52,787 bases of DNA from an uncultured beta proteobacterium (lineage in GTDB: Bacteria; Pseudomonadota; Gammaproteobacteria; Burkholderiales; SG8-39). The stretch is from the NCBI GenBank assembly GCA_902825905.1, contig CADECO010000004.1, positions 1-52,787 on the forward strand, given 5' to 3'. Under the pieces are notes generated by a model. It was not told the DNA's origin. It was given only the letters and a program-made list of their open reading frames with translations, and did not search any database. The position numbers were made by a program, and so were the translations under genes. Of the stretch, positions 28,162-37,458 are shown piece by piece (positions within the stretch are counted from its first letter, which is position 1; each line of letters begins with the position of its first letter).

Positions 28162-28269
28162 TTAGTGCATCTGGGGAGTGAGGTGCTGCGATTGATCGCG
28201 AGCTGCCAAGACCGGCAGTGAGATTGCGGTCAGCGCAATGCGCATAGCTGAACGAATCGAGCGTTTCAT
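28162..28269 (-). CDS. Possible 35-codon leader/secreted micro-ORF in front of patatin paralog 2
   Basis: MKRSIRSAMRIALTAISLPVLAARDQSQHLTPQMH*. GGGAG lies 6 nt before the ATG at 28269, and the stop is 3 nt before the patatin ATG. It is too short for the ORF track and nothing supports it beyond the SD sequence and the signal-like N-terminus. Confidence 0.25.
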   Translation of the reverse strand: MKRSIRSAMRIALTAISLPVLAARDQSQHLTPQMH

Positions 28270-28494
28270 CGCGAACTCCCGACACCGGTAGATTGGAGTT
28301 ACAGCTGCCTTCGCGACTGTCCCTGTTCGGGAGAGTTCACGAGCGCTGCCGTTCTAGGTGCGTGCCACGCCGGACGCGAGATCCGGAGCGCCAGCCGCGG
28401 GTGACTGAAGCAACTCCGCCGCCGGCATTCATGACGCCACCGATCGAACCAACACAGCAGCCGCGCTTTCGCGGGCCGCGCCATCGATCAGGGG

Positions 28495-28854
28495 CTAGTT
28501 GAGAAGACGCAGATTGACGCGAAAGGCAGGTGGGGGACGCGCTCGCTGGGATTCGCGCGTCGACGGTGTGCGGACCGTGTCGGCTGACAGCAGCCAGGTT
28601 ACGGCGATCAATGCAAGCGGCGAAAAATCCGCCACATCGGGAATCGACAGATCGACACCACCGGATGCCTGTTCTTCCGCCTGACAGTGCGCGGAGCACA
28701 GCAAGCGCTCGAGCGTGCACCCCTCGTCGGAGACCGGCGCGGAGGTTCGCGAACCGAAGCACCCTTGCGCCGCAAACGCGAGCTGCGCGAACGCGAGCAT
28801 CGCGAGACAGGTGATCGCGATAGTTCGGCGCGCGGAGGTGCGAATCCAGCTCAT
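28495..28854 (-). CDS. DUF2946-like small Cys-containing envelope protein heading the patatin-cusCBA string (start uncertain)
   Basis: Signal/TM MSWIRTSARRTIAITCLAMLAFAQLAFA. It has a CSAHC motif and a Pro-rich C-terminal tail (RARPPPAF), similar in layout to the 44782-45201 product. Confidence 0.4.
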   Translation of the reverse strand: MSWIRTSARRTIAITCLAMLAFAQLAFAAQGCFGSRTSAPVSDEGCTLERLLCSAHCQAEEQASGGVDLSIPDVADFSPLALIAVTWLLSADTVRTPSTRESQRARPPPAFRVNLRLLN

Positions 28855-29198
28855 AGGGTTTTTATGATACGCCGACGGGCTGGAAAGTTCCATGGCAATT
28901 CGTGATCTTCGCGGAGCGACGATCGCGTTGAGATCATGGAGACCAATATGAGACATCTTGCCTGAGCGCTCGTCGTGACTTTAACTGCTCTAACCTCTCT
29001 TTCCGCGCTCGCGGCACCGCTCGAGTCATGGGAACGTGCACTGGAAAATGCGATCGAACGAACTCGGCAAGAAGGGCAGGCACAAGCGGCCGCACATGAC
29101 GAGCTGGAGGCGTTTCACAAAATTTCGCGCGACGCTGCCCAACAGCGTTACCGCTCGAGCATCGACATCGCGCGATTTGTCCTATTGAAGGATTCGCC

Positions 29199-29693
29199 AT
29201 GAAGCGAACGATTGGAAGTGCAGCGCGTGTTCTCGGCATGAGTCCGAAGACGATTCGTTACTACGAGGAGGTCGGGGTCGTGCCGCCGCCTCCGCGCGAA
29301 AAAGGCGGCAGGTTTTCCTTAGGCCGTCGCTTATTCGAAGTCCGAGAAATCGAGCGCCTACGCTTTGTCAAGGAGGCACGCCGCCTGCAGTTCTCGCTTA
29401 ATGACGTGCGGCAACTCCTCGAGCAATACGAGTCCGGTCCGCCTTGCGGGTGCGCGGCGCGCCCATTGCTCAAGCGTCTCGTGGCACGGAGGCTGAACGA
29501 AGTGCACGAGGCCATTCGCTCGCTCGAAGCGTTGCGCGACGAGCTTGGCGCGCTTGAAGCTCGTGTGCTGGCGCTTGAAGGTAAGACCCCAGCGGAATTG
29601 GGGTCGGTCATGGTTCCCACACCGGTCGAGGCCTTGCTGCGCGGTACCGCAAAGTTGCCGGACCACCGTCCAGCCCAGGAAAATGGTGGTTGA
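29199..29693 (+). CDS. MerR-family transcriptional regulator
   Basis: HTH IGSAARVLGMSPKTIRYYEEVGVV, a long dimerisation helix (LKRLVARRLNEVHEAIRSLEALRDELGALEARVLALEG), and an unusual Cys pair PPCGC placed before that helix. Confidence 0.85.
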   Translation: MKRTIGSAARVLGMSPKTIRYYEEVGVVPPPPREKGGRFSLGRRLFEVREIERLRFVKEARRLQFSLNDVRQLLEQYESGPPCGCAARPLLKRLVARRLNEVHEAIRSLEALRDELGALEARVLALEGKTPAELGSVMVPTPVEALLRGTAKLPDHRPAQENGG

Positions 29694-29725
29694 TCTTCCA
29701 GTGGCTGGAACTTTAAAAATACAAT
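29690..29725 (+). promoter_or_regulatory. MerR-type promoter candidate: -35 TTGATC, dyad TTCCAG-tgg-CTGGAA in the spacer, A/T-rich -10 region
   Basis: TTGATC is at 29690-29695 and overlaps the merR stop. A perfect 6-3-6 inverted repeat lies at 29696-29710. TAAAAAT/TACAAT follows at 29714-29725. The 18-19 nt spacer to the first -10 candidate matches the over-long spacers of MerR-activated promoters. Confidence 0.4.
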
Positions 29726-29793
29726 CCGGGAGCGCACGCCGTGCTTCCGAGGCGTCGCAGGGCGCCGTTACAACGGATGACATGGAGGTATCA

Positions 29794-29877
29794 ATGAAGC
29801 TTGTTAATGCGGTACTCGGAGCGGTGCTGTTGGCGGCGGCGACTTTTGCCTACGCGGGCTGCCCGCTCTGCTGGTAA
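29794..29877 (+). CDS. 27-codon micro-ORF: hydrophobic signal/anchor followed by CPLCW (CxxC)
   Basis: MKLVNAVLGAVLLAAATFAYAGCPLCW*. GGAGG (29784-29788) lies 5 nt before the ATG. Double stop TAATAA. A hairpin CTCGGCG...CGCCGAG follows at 29883-29913. It sits downstream of the MerR-type promoter candidate. Confidence 0.4.
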   Translation: MKLVNAVLGAVLLAAATFAYAGCPLCW

Positions 29878-29918
29878 TAAAGCTCGGCGCCCTGGGAGTT
29901 CCAAGACGCCGAGTCGTC

Positions 29919-30815
29919 CTAACTTGATACGTTGGGTGCTGCTTCCAACAAAAACCGCCATGGGCCACATACGTCAAGCTCGCGAAGATCGCTCCGCAGT
30001 AGCGGCACCACTAGACGGCGCCAAGGTCGTATGCGACGGCTGAACAGAACGGGTCCGATACGGAGGGAGAGCGGACAGTCCGCGCTTGATGGCGCGCGAT
30101 TGGCGCTGAACGGGATCGCTTCTTTGCGTGCAACCGCCAGCCCGGCCTTCCTGCACGCCGCCTCGAGCTTGCGTGTAGAGAGTCGGTTCAGATAGTCGGT
30201 CAGCGTGTTTTGACCGGCGAACGGATTGGCGCGCATGGCACCGTTCGCAGCGCGCAGAAACGTTACCCTCAGAGACGAACAAGTGCGCCCAGGGAATGTT
30301 GATCAACGGGTAGAAGTGATGGCCGTGCGGATGTGCCCACGGCATCCATTTGATGAACACGCGTCCGTGCGGCGCCAACACACGGCGCCATTCCGGGACG
30401 ATCGCTTCGTTTTTGATTACTGCTCCATCGCATCAAAGCATGAGATGGTATCGATCGAAGCATCGGACAGGGGAATAGACTTCGGCTGGCCTTCAATGAA
30501 CGTGACGCGGCCGCTGAGTTCGCCGCTATCGAGTCTCGCGCCTGCGTCCGTGATGCTCTCAGGGCTCAAAACGATCACGACGACGCTTCCCGCGCCCGAT
30601 TGCGCGATCGCTTGCGCCAAGTCGCCGCGAGGCAACGGAAGTCGAGCACGCGGGGGCCTTGGATCGCGCGTTGATCGACGTAAGCAGAGAATTCTTTGAG
30701 GAGTCTGAGCGCGCCACGCCGAGTATGCCTCCGTCGTGACAGTCGCTCCCACTGGCTTGGCGTGGTCGTTTCGTAAGTGCCATTCGCAGGCCTTAGCCGG
30801 GACTGGCTCCATCAT
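29919..30815 (-). pseudogene. Decayed class I SAM-dependent methyltransferase
   Basis: Pieces lie in different frames: ...PRVLDF / RGDLAQAIAQSGAGSVVVIVLSPE...IDTISCFDAMEQ* / IKNEAIVPEWRRVLAPHGRVFIKWMPWAHPHGHHFYPLINIPWAHLFVSE / ANPFAGQNTLTDYLNRLSTRKLEAACRKAGL. The motif I glycines are degraded. There is an in-frame stop at 30417-30419 and at least two frameshifts. Confidence 0.55.
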
Positions 30816-31108
30816 GGAGAACGACGGCGCAAGTGATGGATCGGCCCCCTCAACCCGTAACGAGGACAGGTGTCACGAAACACGCGACACGGAACGTCGA
30901 CGTACGCGGTAGATCCGCCCCCAAATGGGAAACGGCGGGCGGTCGTGCGTCGTCTCGATCATCGAAACGAGCCCGTGATCGTGGGCATCTGAAGGTCCCG
31001 ACTGTCGTGCCCAGGCCTTGACTTGCGTCCTGCACATACGCCTAGGGTGGTCGACAGGCTCCGCACCCCAGGTGGCCGGTAAGTTCTTCTACGAGCGAGG
31101 CAAGTTCA

Positions 31109-31363
31109 ATGATCCAACCATCGTCCAGATGCGTATGCGTCCTGGTCATCGCGTTGTCGGCGTGCGCGAGTCCGGGACCGACCGGTCGGCCGAGCGCGGA
31201 AGTGAGTTCGGAGGCCGCGCGGCGCGCCGAAGACTACGCGTGGCGTTGTGAGATGATGACCAGTCTCGATCGTGTGGCCTGCCTCGATCTGCTTCCGTGG
31301 CGTGTGCCGGGGTACTTTGGGGAGCGCGTAGATCCCTTCCGGGCACCCGCACCCAAACGGTGA
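31109..31363 (+). CDS. Possible small lipoprotein
   Basis: MIQPSSRCVCVLVIALSAC lipobox; 84 aa. No other support. Confidence 0.3.
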   Translation: MIQPSSRCVCVLVIALSACASPGPTGRPSAEVSSEAARRAEDYAWRCEMMTSLDRVACLDLLPWRVPGYFGERVDPFRAPAPKR

Positions 31364-31472
31364 CGCTTTAGGACGAAGCTAGGACGGGACATGCGACTGA
31401 CTGAATCCCTTGCTGCCTGGTGGGCGTGCACCGCGTTTGCCGGTGCCGGTTCGCGCGCTCAGATGGGTCGAT

Positions 31473-33962
31473 TCATTCCATCGCGGCGCGCTTCAGTCGC
31501 AGTGCATTGAGGACCACCGATATCGAACTGGCAGCCATCGCAATGCCGGCAATGATCGGCGAAAGCAAAACACCGAAGACGGGGTAAAGCACACCGGCCG
31601 CGATCGGAATGCCCGCCGCGTTGTAGAAGAACGCGAAGAACAAGTTCTGCTTGATATTGCGCATGGTGGCGCGCGAGAGCATCGCCGCACGGACGATCCC
31701 GCGTAGATCGCCTTTGACCAATGTGATGCCGGCCGCTTCCATCGCGACATCCGTGCCGGTCCCCATGGCGATGCCGACATCGGCTTGTGCCAACGCCGGC
31801 GCATCGTTGATGCCGTCGCCGGCCATCGCAACCTTATGGCCCTTCGCCTGCAGCGCTTTCACGTGTGCGGCTTTGTGCTCGGGTAATACTTCGGCGAGGA
31901 CCTCGTCGATGCCCAGTTGCTCGCCGACGGCTTCAGCCGTTGCGCGTGCATCACCGGTGAGCATGACCACTTGTACGCCCAGCTGCTTCAAGCCCGCGAG
32001 CGCCTGCGGAGTGCTTTCCTTGATCGGGTCCGCCACCGCGAGCAGTCCACCGGGCTTACCATCGACCGCGAAGAACACTACCGTCTTGGCTTCGGCTCGC
32101 CAACGTTGTGCCGTTGCTTCGAAGGGAGCCACATCGATGCCAAGGCTGGCCAGAAACGCCCGGCTGCCAATCAAGACGTTCCGCCCTTCGACTTGTGCCG
32201 TGACGCCTTTGCCGTTTTCGACGTTGAACGCGCTGGCGGGTTGAATGTTCGCGCCGCGCTCGCGCGCTCCGATTACGATGGCGCTCGCGATCGGGTGCTC
32301 GCTCGACTGCTCGACGCTCGCCACCCATCCGAGCGCCTGCTGCTCAGCCATCCCTGGCGCCGTTTCGAAGCCGACCAGGGCCGGTTTGCCCAGCGTAAGC
32401 GTTCCCGTCTTGTCGACGACCACGGTGTCGATGTCGCGCATGCGTTCGATGGCCTCGGCGTTGCGAAAGAGGATGCCCCCTTGCGCACCGCGGCCCATCG
32501 CGACAGTCATGGAAATCGGTGTCGCGAGGCCCACCGCACACGGGCAAGCGATGATGAGCACGGCGACTGCGTTGATCAATCCGTAGACGAATCGCGGTTC
32601 TGGGCCGAAGAACCACCAGATCAGGCCGCTCACGACAGCGATGACGACGACGATTTGCACGAAGTAGGCCGCGATAAGATCGGCTAGGCGCTGGATCGGA
32701 GCGCGTGTGCGCTGCGCCGCTTGCACCATGCCGATAATTCTTGCCAGCAGCGTCTCCGAACCGATCCGTTCCGCGCGCATCACAAGCGCTCCGTTACCGT
32801 TGATCGTAGCCCCGGTAACGTGATCGCCGGTCGTCTTGGAAACCGGGATCGGCTCTCCAGTGATCATCGATTCATCGACGTGGCTCCTGCCGTCGATGAT
32901 GATCCCGTCGACTGGAACCTTCTCGCCGGGCTTGATCCGAAGGCGATCGCCGATCTGCACCGCTTCGAGCGCAATCTGTTCTTCGGAGTCGTCCGCGCGC
33001 AATCGCGAGGCCGTGCTCGGCGCGAGTTTCAGCAATTCCTTGATCGCCTGACTCGTTTGCCCCATCGCGCGCATCTGCAGCACATCGCCCAGGATCACCA
33101 GCGTCACGATGACCGCTGCCGCTTCGAAATACTTGCCGACAGCGCCGTCGTGCTCGCGGAATTGAACCGGAAAGATCTCAGGGAAGAGTAGCGCGACCAG
33201 GCTGAACACGTAGGCCAAGCCCACGCCCAGGCCAATCAGGGAGTACATATTTAGCGCCCAGGTTTCGAGCGACACCCAGAACTTGCGCAGGATCGGCGCA
33301 CCGACCCAAAGCACGACCGGCGTACCCAAGACGAACTCCACCCAACCGCGCACTGTAGGGCGCAACCCGAACGGCTCCATGACACCGATCATGGGCGCCA
33401 TTGCGAGCATGACGAGCGGAATCGACAACCCAATCCCGCTCCACATGCGACGGGTGAGATCAGCGAGTTCTTTCGCCTCGGCCGCTTCGTTCGAAGCACC
33501 CATTGGCACAAGGGCCATGCCACAGATCGGACAATCGCCTGGTCCTGGCTTGACCACCTCCGGATGCATCGGACAGGTATAGCCGGCATCGGCTGGTGCG
33601 CGGGCGTCGAGTCGTGAGGCGGCCCGCGCAGGCTTCTCGGGCGATCCGTGGGTGAACTTGACGGGATCGGCTATGAACTTCGCCTTGCATCCGACGCTGC
33701 AGAAGTAGTAACGCGCGCCACCGTGTTCGTGATGATGCACGCTCGAGGGCGCGACGCTCATGCCGCACACGGGATCGCGTTCCGCGCTGCCGGGGCGCGG
33801 CTCCGATGTATACGGCAGGTCTGTGTATTCGTGCTGACGCGCAGCATCCTGCGAGGGCAAGGCACCCGTGGGCGCTTTCACTCGCTGACGATGAGAATCG
33901 TTCACATAGATCTCCAAGCTCAGGTCGCAAGCTCCTGGACAACGTTGGTTTTTGGAGGGCAA
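31473..33962 (-). CDS. copA: Cu(I)-translocating P1B-type ATPase with N-terminal YHS/TRASH and Cys-rich metal-binding modules
   Basis: DKTGTLT, CPC ([12 protein letters not shown]), [16 protein letters not shown] signatures YN (FFYNAAGIP) and MAASS. N-terminus has DPVCGMSV...[12 protein letters not shown] and [22 protein letters not shown]. Confidence 0.95.
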   Translation of the reverse strand: MPSKNQRCPGACDLSLEIYVNDSHRQRVKAPTGALPSQDAARQHEYTDLPYTSEPRPGSAERDPVCGMSVAPSSVHHHEHGGARYYFCSVGCKAKFIADPVKFTHGSPEKPARAASRLDARAPADAGYTCPMHPEVVKPGPGDCPICGMALVPMGASNEAAEAKELADLTRRMWSGIGLSIPLVMLAMAPMIGVMEPFGLRPTVRGWVEFVLGTPVVLWVGAPILRKFWVSLETWALNMYSLIGLGVGLAYVFSLVALLFPEIFPVQFREHDGAVGKYFEAAAVIVTLVILGDVLQMRAMGQTSQAIKELLKLAPSTASRLRADDSEEQIALEAVQIGDRLRIKPGEKVPVDGIIIDGRSHVDESMITGEPIPVSKTTGDHVTGATINGNGALVMRAERIGSETLLARIIGMVQAAQRTRAPIQRLADLIAAYFVQIVVVIAVVSGLIWWFFGPEPRFVYGLINAVAVLIIACPCAVGLATPISMTVAMGRGAQGGILFRNAEAIERMRDIDTVVVDKTGTLTLGKPALVGFETAPGMAEQQALGWVASVEQSSEHPIASAIVIGARERGANIQPASAFNVENGKGVTAQVEGRNVLIGSRAFLASLGIDVAPFEATAQRWRAEAKTVVFFAVDGKPGGLLAVADPIKESTPQALAGLKQLGVQVVMLTGDARATAEAVGEQLGIDEVLAEVLPEHKAAHVKALQAKGHKVAMAGDGINDAPALAQADVGIAMGTGTDVAMEAAGITLVKGDLRGIVRAAMLSRATMRNIKQNLFFAFFYNAAGIPIAAGVLYPVFGVLLSPIIAGIAMAASSISVVLNALRLKRAAME

Positions 33963-34275
33963 CTATTCACTGCGATTCCTCGCCCCGCTGCAGCGTTGCC
34001 AAGGTCGATCGGAATAGGACTCTGGCGATCGTTCATCGTTCCACACGCTTCGTTTCGTCCGGGTAACGCGTCGGCTGTCGGGGAAACTGGCCCGAGTGCT
34101 GAACCGCTTGCGAAGGGGGCGCGGACGCTCGCGGCCCGACGTGAGAGGGCGTTTTGATCTGCAAATGGACTACATTAGTTTCGAATACTGGCACAATTGG
34201 CTCCACCCTGATCGGCACGCTGGCCCTAGTTAATGTGCTCCTGCCGACGCAGAATGATCACTATTGAGGGACGAG

Positions 34276-35820
34276 ATGAGTTCATGCGTCGGCATTCGGC
34301 TCGATCCGAAGAACAAGCAGCAGCCATTGCATGGCCAGCTGTTCGATGCCGTTGTGGCGCGCATCGAGTCACGTGCGTTCCCCCCCCGCTACAAACTGCC
34401 GTCGACGCGCATGCTCGCGGCTGAACTGCAACTTCATCGAAATACGGTGGCGCGAGCCTACGCGGAACTCGAGCAGGCGGGTTTCGTGAGTTCGACGGTC
34501 GGTCGGGGAACGTTCGTCGAAGAAATTTCTCCGCCGAATCGTCCGCGTTCGACACTGTCTGGAACGACATCGAGAAACACGTTGGAGATCGCGTGGAACT
34601 CGCTGGTGTCGCGTGCGGCGCGAGGAGAAGCGCTGGGGCGGGCCGACCGGCACAAACGGCAGGGATTGCACACGAACGAGACCATCAATCTCGCGCGCAT
34701 GCAGCCGAATGCGGATCTAATCCCCGGGACCTTGCTTCGGCGTTGCTTCATGCACGTGCTCGATGGACGACGGGCCGACGCGCTGGGCTATGCGCCGGCC
34801 GAAGGGGCGGCACGCTTGCGCGAACAAATCGCGCGTGACTTAGTGGAGCGTGGCGTGCCGGTACGAGCCGAGGAGATCATCGTGACTTCGGGCAGCCAGC
34901 AAGGCCTTGATCTCATCGCCCGTGCGTTACTCAACCCGGGCGATACCTTCATGGTGGAGCCTACTACGTATGCCGGCGCTATCGATCTGTTCGGCCTCGC
35001 CGGCGCCCGACTGCTGCCTGTTCCCATGGATGCGGAAGGACCGGACGTGTCGACCCTTCAGCGGCTCGTGCGGCCGGAGATAAAGGGGCTGTATCTAATG
35101 CCCAACGCGCACAACCCTACCGGGCGCACGCTGAGTACCGACCGGCGCCGCGCCCTCGTCGATTGGTCGCACGCCTGCGGCGTGCCGCTTATCGAAGACG
35201 ATTACGCAGCGGGCATCGTCCTTGACGAGAGCGAGGGGCTGCCTCATTTGCGTACACTCGACGGAGATGTGATTCACATCTCGACATTCAGCAAACGCCT
35301 TGCCCCAGCGCTTCGTTTGGGCTACGTTGTGGCGCCGCTTGCGCTGCGTCCGGTGCTAATGAGCATCAAACGCATCGTTGATCTTGGAACGTCGGCGAGC
35401 ATGCAGCTGGTGCTAGCAGAATTCATGGAGCGCGGGTATCTGCGTGCGCACGAGAAACGCATGCGCGGAATCTACCGAGCCCAGCGCGATGCACTGTGCC
35501 AAGCGCTCTACGAGTCGCTCCCCGGCTCGCTCAGTTGGGATGTGCCAACGCACGGCGTGGCGATGTGGGTGAAGCTTCCGGCTGGGCTCGACCCACAACG
35601 GGTAAGTGCGGAGGCCGAGCGACGTGGTGTACTCGTTAGCCCTGGCACCCTCTTTCCAGCAGCCGTGCACCCCGAGCTCGCGATCCGCCTCATATTCTCT
35701 GCCGAACCCGCGGAGCGCCTGGTCGAGCGTGCGCGCCGCCTCGGTAGCGCAATAAAGCAAGTCTTGTCCGAGCGCTCACGCAAGCCAGTGCCAGGACTCG
35801 AACTCTCCGAGTTGATCTGA
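34276..35820 (+). CDS. pdxR: MocR/PdxR-type regulator (GntR wHTH fused to a fold-type I aminotransferase-like domain)
   Basis: w[34 protein letters not shown]. The AAT-like domain has [16 protein letters not shown] (PLP Lys context). It sits 29 nt upstream of pdxS. ATG 34276 was chosen over TTG 34264. Confidence 0.75.
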   Translation: MSSCVGIRLDPKNKQQPLHGQLFDAVVARIESRAFPPRYKLPSTRMLAAELQLHRNTVARAYAELEQAGFVSSTVGRGTFVEEISPPNRPRSTLSGTTSRNTLEIAWNSLVSRAARGEALGRADRHKRQGLHTNETINLARMQPNADLIPGTLLRRCFMHVLDGRRADALGYAPAEGAARLREQIARDLVERGVPVRAEEIIVTSGSQQGLDLIARALLNPGDTFMVEPTTYAGAIDLFGLAGARLLPVPMDAEGPDVSTLQRLVRPEIKGLYLMPNAHNPTGRTLSTDRRRALVDWSHACGVPLIEDDYAAGIVLDESEGLPHLRTLDGDVIHISTFSKRLAPALRLGYVVAPLALRPVLMSIKRIVDLGTSASMQLVLAEFMERGYLRAHEKRMRGIYRAQRDALCQALYESLPGSLSWDVPTHGVAMWVKLPAGLDPQRVSAEAERRGVLVSPGTLFPAAVHPELAIRLIFSAEPAERLVERARRLGSAIKQVLSERSRKPVPGLELSELI

Positions 35821-35849
35821 ACGCATGTCTCGTATGCGAAGGCGGCAAC

Positions 35850-36731
35850 ATGGAAAAAAGTAGCCCACGAACCAAGCTCGGCCTTGCAGAGATGCTCAAA
35901 GGCGGCGTGATTATGGACGTCGTCAATGCCGAGCAGGCGTGCATCGCGGAACAGGCAGGCGCTTGTGCTGTCATGGCACTTGAGCGTGTACCGGCACAAA
36001 TTCGTGCAGAGGGGGGTGTAGCGCGTGCGAGTGACCCGGCGATGATCCGCGCCATTCAACAGGCAGTGAGTATTCCGGTGATGGCCAAATGCCGGATCGG
36101 CCATTTCATGGAAGCACGGATACTGGAGGCGCTCGAGGTCGATTTCGTCGACGAGAGCGAGGTGCTCACGCCCGCCGACGTGGAGTTCCACATCGATAAG
36201 CGGGAGTTTCGAGTGCCGTTCGTATGCGGGTGCCGCGATCTGGGCGAGGCGCTGCGGCGCATCGCCGAGGGTGCTTCGCTATTGCGCACAAAAGGCGAGG
36301 CTGGCACAGGAGATGTCGCAGAAGCCGTTCGGCACCTGCGCAGGGTGAGGAGCCAGATTGCTCAGTTGCGTGGTCTCGGTGAGGATGAACTCGTGCATGC
36401 TGCGAAGACACTTGGGGCTCCGCTCGAGCTCGTGGCCGAAGTGGCAGGTCGAGGCCGATTACCCGTGCCAAGTTTCGCGGCCGGTGGCATTGCGACCCCC
36501 GCGGATGCAGCTCTTTGTATGGCACTCGGCGCCGAGTCCGTATTCGTGGGCAGCGGCATCTTCTTGAGTGCCGATCCACCGCGGCGGGCACGCGCGATCG
36601 TTAGCGCGGTGAGCGCCTGGCAAGACCCGGGCAAGCTCGCCGAGGCGAGTTCGGGGCTTGGAGAGCCCATGCGATCGATCGCTGTCGCCGGGCTGGGCGA
36701 TGCGGAGCGGTTCGCGGGGCGTGGCGTGTGA
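35850..36731 (+). CDS. pdxS: Pyridoxal 5'-phosphate synthase, lyase subunit PdxS
   Basis: [48 protein letters not shown]...[11 protein letters not shown]...[10 protein letters not shown]...[10 protein letters not shown] is the near-canonical PdxS signature. Confidence 0.95.
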   Translation: MEKSSPRTKLGLAEMLKGGVIMDVVNAEQACIAEQAGACAVMALERVPAQIRAEGGVARASDPAMIRAIQQAVSIPVMAKCRIGHFMEARILEALEVDFVDESEVLTPADVEFHIDKREFRVPFVCGCRDLGEALRRIAEGASLLRTKGEAGTGDVAEAVRHLRRVRSQIAQLRGLGEDELVHAAKTLGAPLELVAEVAGRGRLPVPSFAAGGIATPADAALCMALGAESVFVGSGIFLSADPPRRARAIVSAVSAWQDPGKLAEASSGLGEPMRSIAVAGLGDAERFAGRGV

Positions 36732-37348
36732 GTGCCGAAGCTCGATTTCGCGGCCCGCGACGCAAGCTTGGTGTGCTGGCAGTGCAAGGCGCGTTCGAAC
36801 TCCACGCCACGATCCTCTCCGAGCGCGGACATGACGTGCGTCTTGTGCGGGCTGCGGATGATTTTGCCGGTCTCGAGGGGCTGGTTTTGCCCGGTGGTGA
36901 AAGCACGGTGCAGCTTGAACTGATCGAGCGATTCGATCTCGAAGCGCCTCTTGTACGCCTCTTGCGCTCAGGCCACCCCGTGCTCGCAACCTGCGCAGGG
37001 CTTATCCTAATTGCCCAAAACGTTTCTGGACCGGCGCAGCGCGGCTTCGGCGTGCTCGACGTCGATGTCGCTCGCAATGCGTTCGGCCGCCAGCTCGAAA
37101 GCTTCGAAGCCGTTTCCGATGAGCCTCCATCGTTGGCTCCCGAGACTTCGGGGCGAAGCGAGCTCGAGCAACACCTTCCGCTTGTCTTTATTCGCGCGCC
37201 GCGAATCACACGTGTTGGGCCGACTGTCGAGGTATTGGCGCGGTATCGCGGCGAGCCAGTGCTCGTTCGCGATGATCGCGTCACCGCGGGGAGCTTCCAC
37301 CCGGAGCTTACATCCGACACGCGCGTGCACGCGGCGGTGTTTGGTTGA
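36728..37348 (+). CDS. pdxT: PLP synthase glutaminase subunit PdxT
   Basis: [22 protein letters not shown], catalytic Cys in [10 protein letters not shown], and FHPEL at the C-terminus. The GTG start overlaps the pdxS stop (GTGA). Confidence 0.9.
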   Translation: MSAEARFRGPRRKLGVLAVQGAFELHATILSERGHDVRLVRAADDFAGLEGLVLPGGESTVQLELIERFDLEAPLVRLLRSGHPVLATCAGLILIAQNVSGPAQRGFGVLDVDVARNAFGRQLESFEAVSDEPPSLAPETSGRSELEQHLPLVFIRAPRITRVGPTVEVLARYRGEPVLVRDDRVTAGSFHPELTSDTRVHAAVFG

Positions 37349-37458
37349 GTCCGTCGCAACGAAGTTGCTTGCTAAACTATTGCGAGTCGCTTGCTAGTGT
37401 GTGCGGTCGAAGCCTGGTCAGGTTCATTCCTACAATCAACTCTGGGTCGCTGATCGCA

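Noticed and set aside
28975-29202. 75-codon GTG-initiated ORF overlapping the merR start (ATGA).
   Set aside because: It has no SD, no motif and an atypical codon pattern at its 5' end. The region more plausibly holds the divergent promoters and operators. It is kept only as a possibility.
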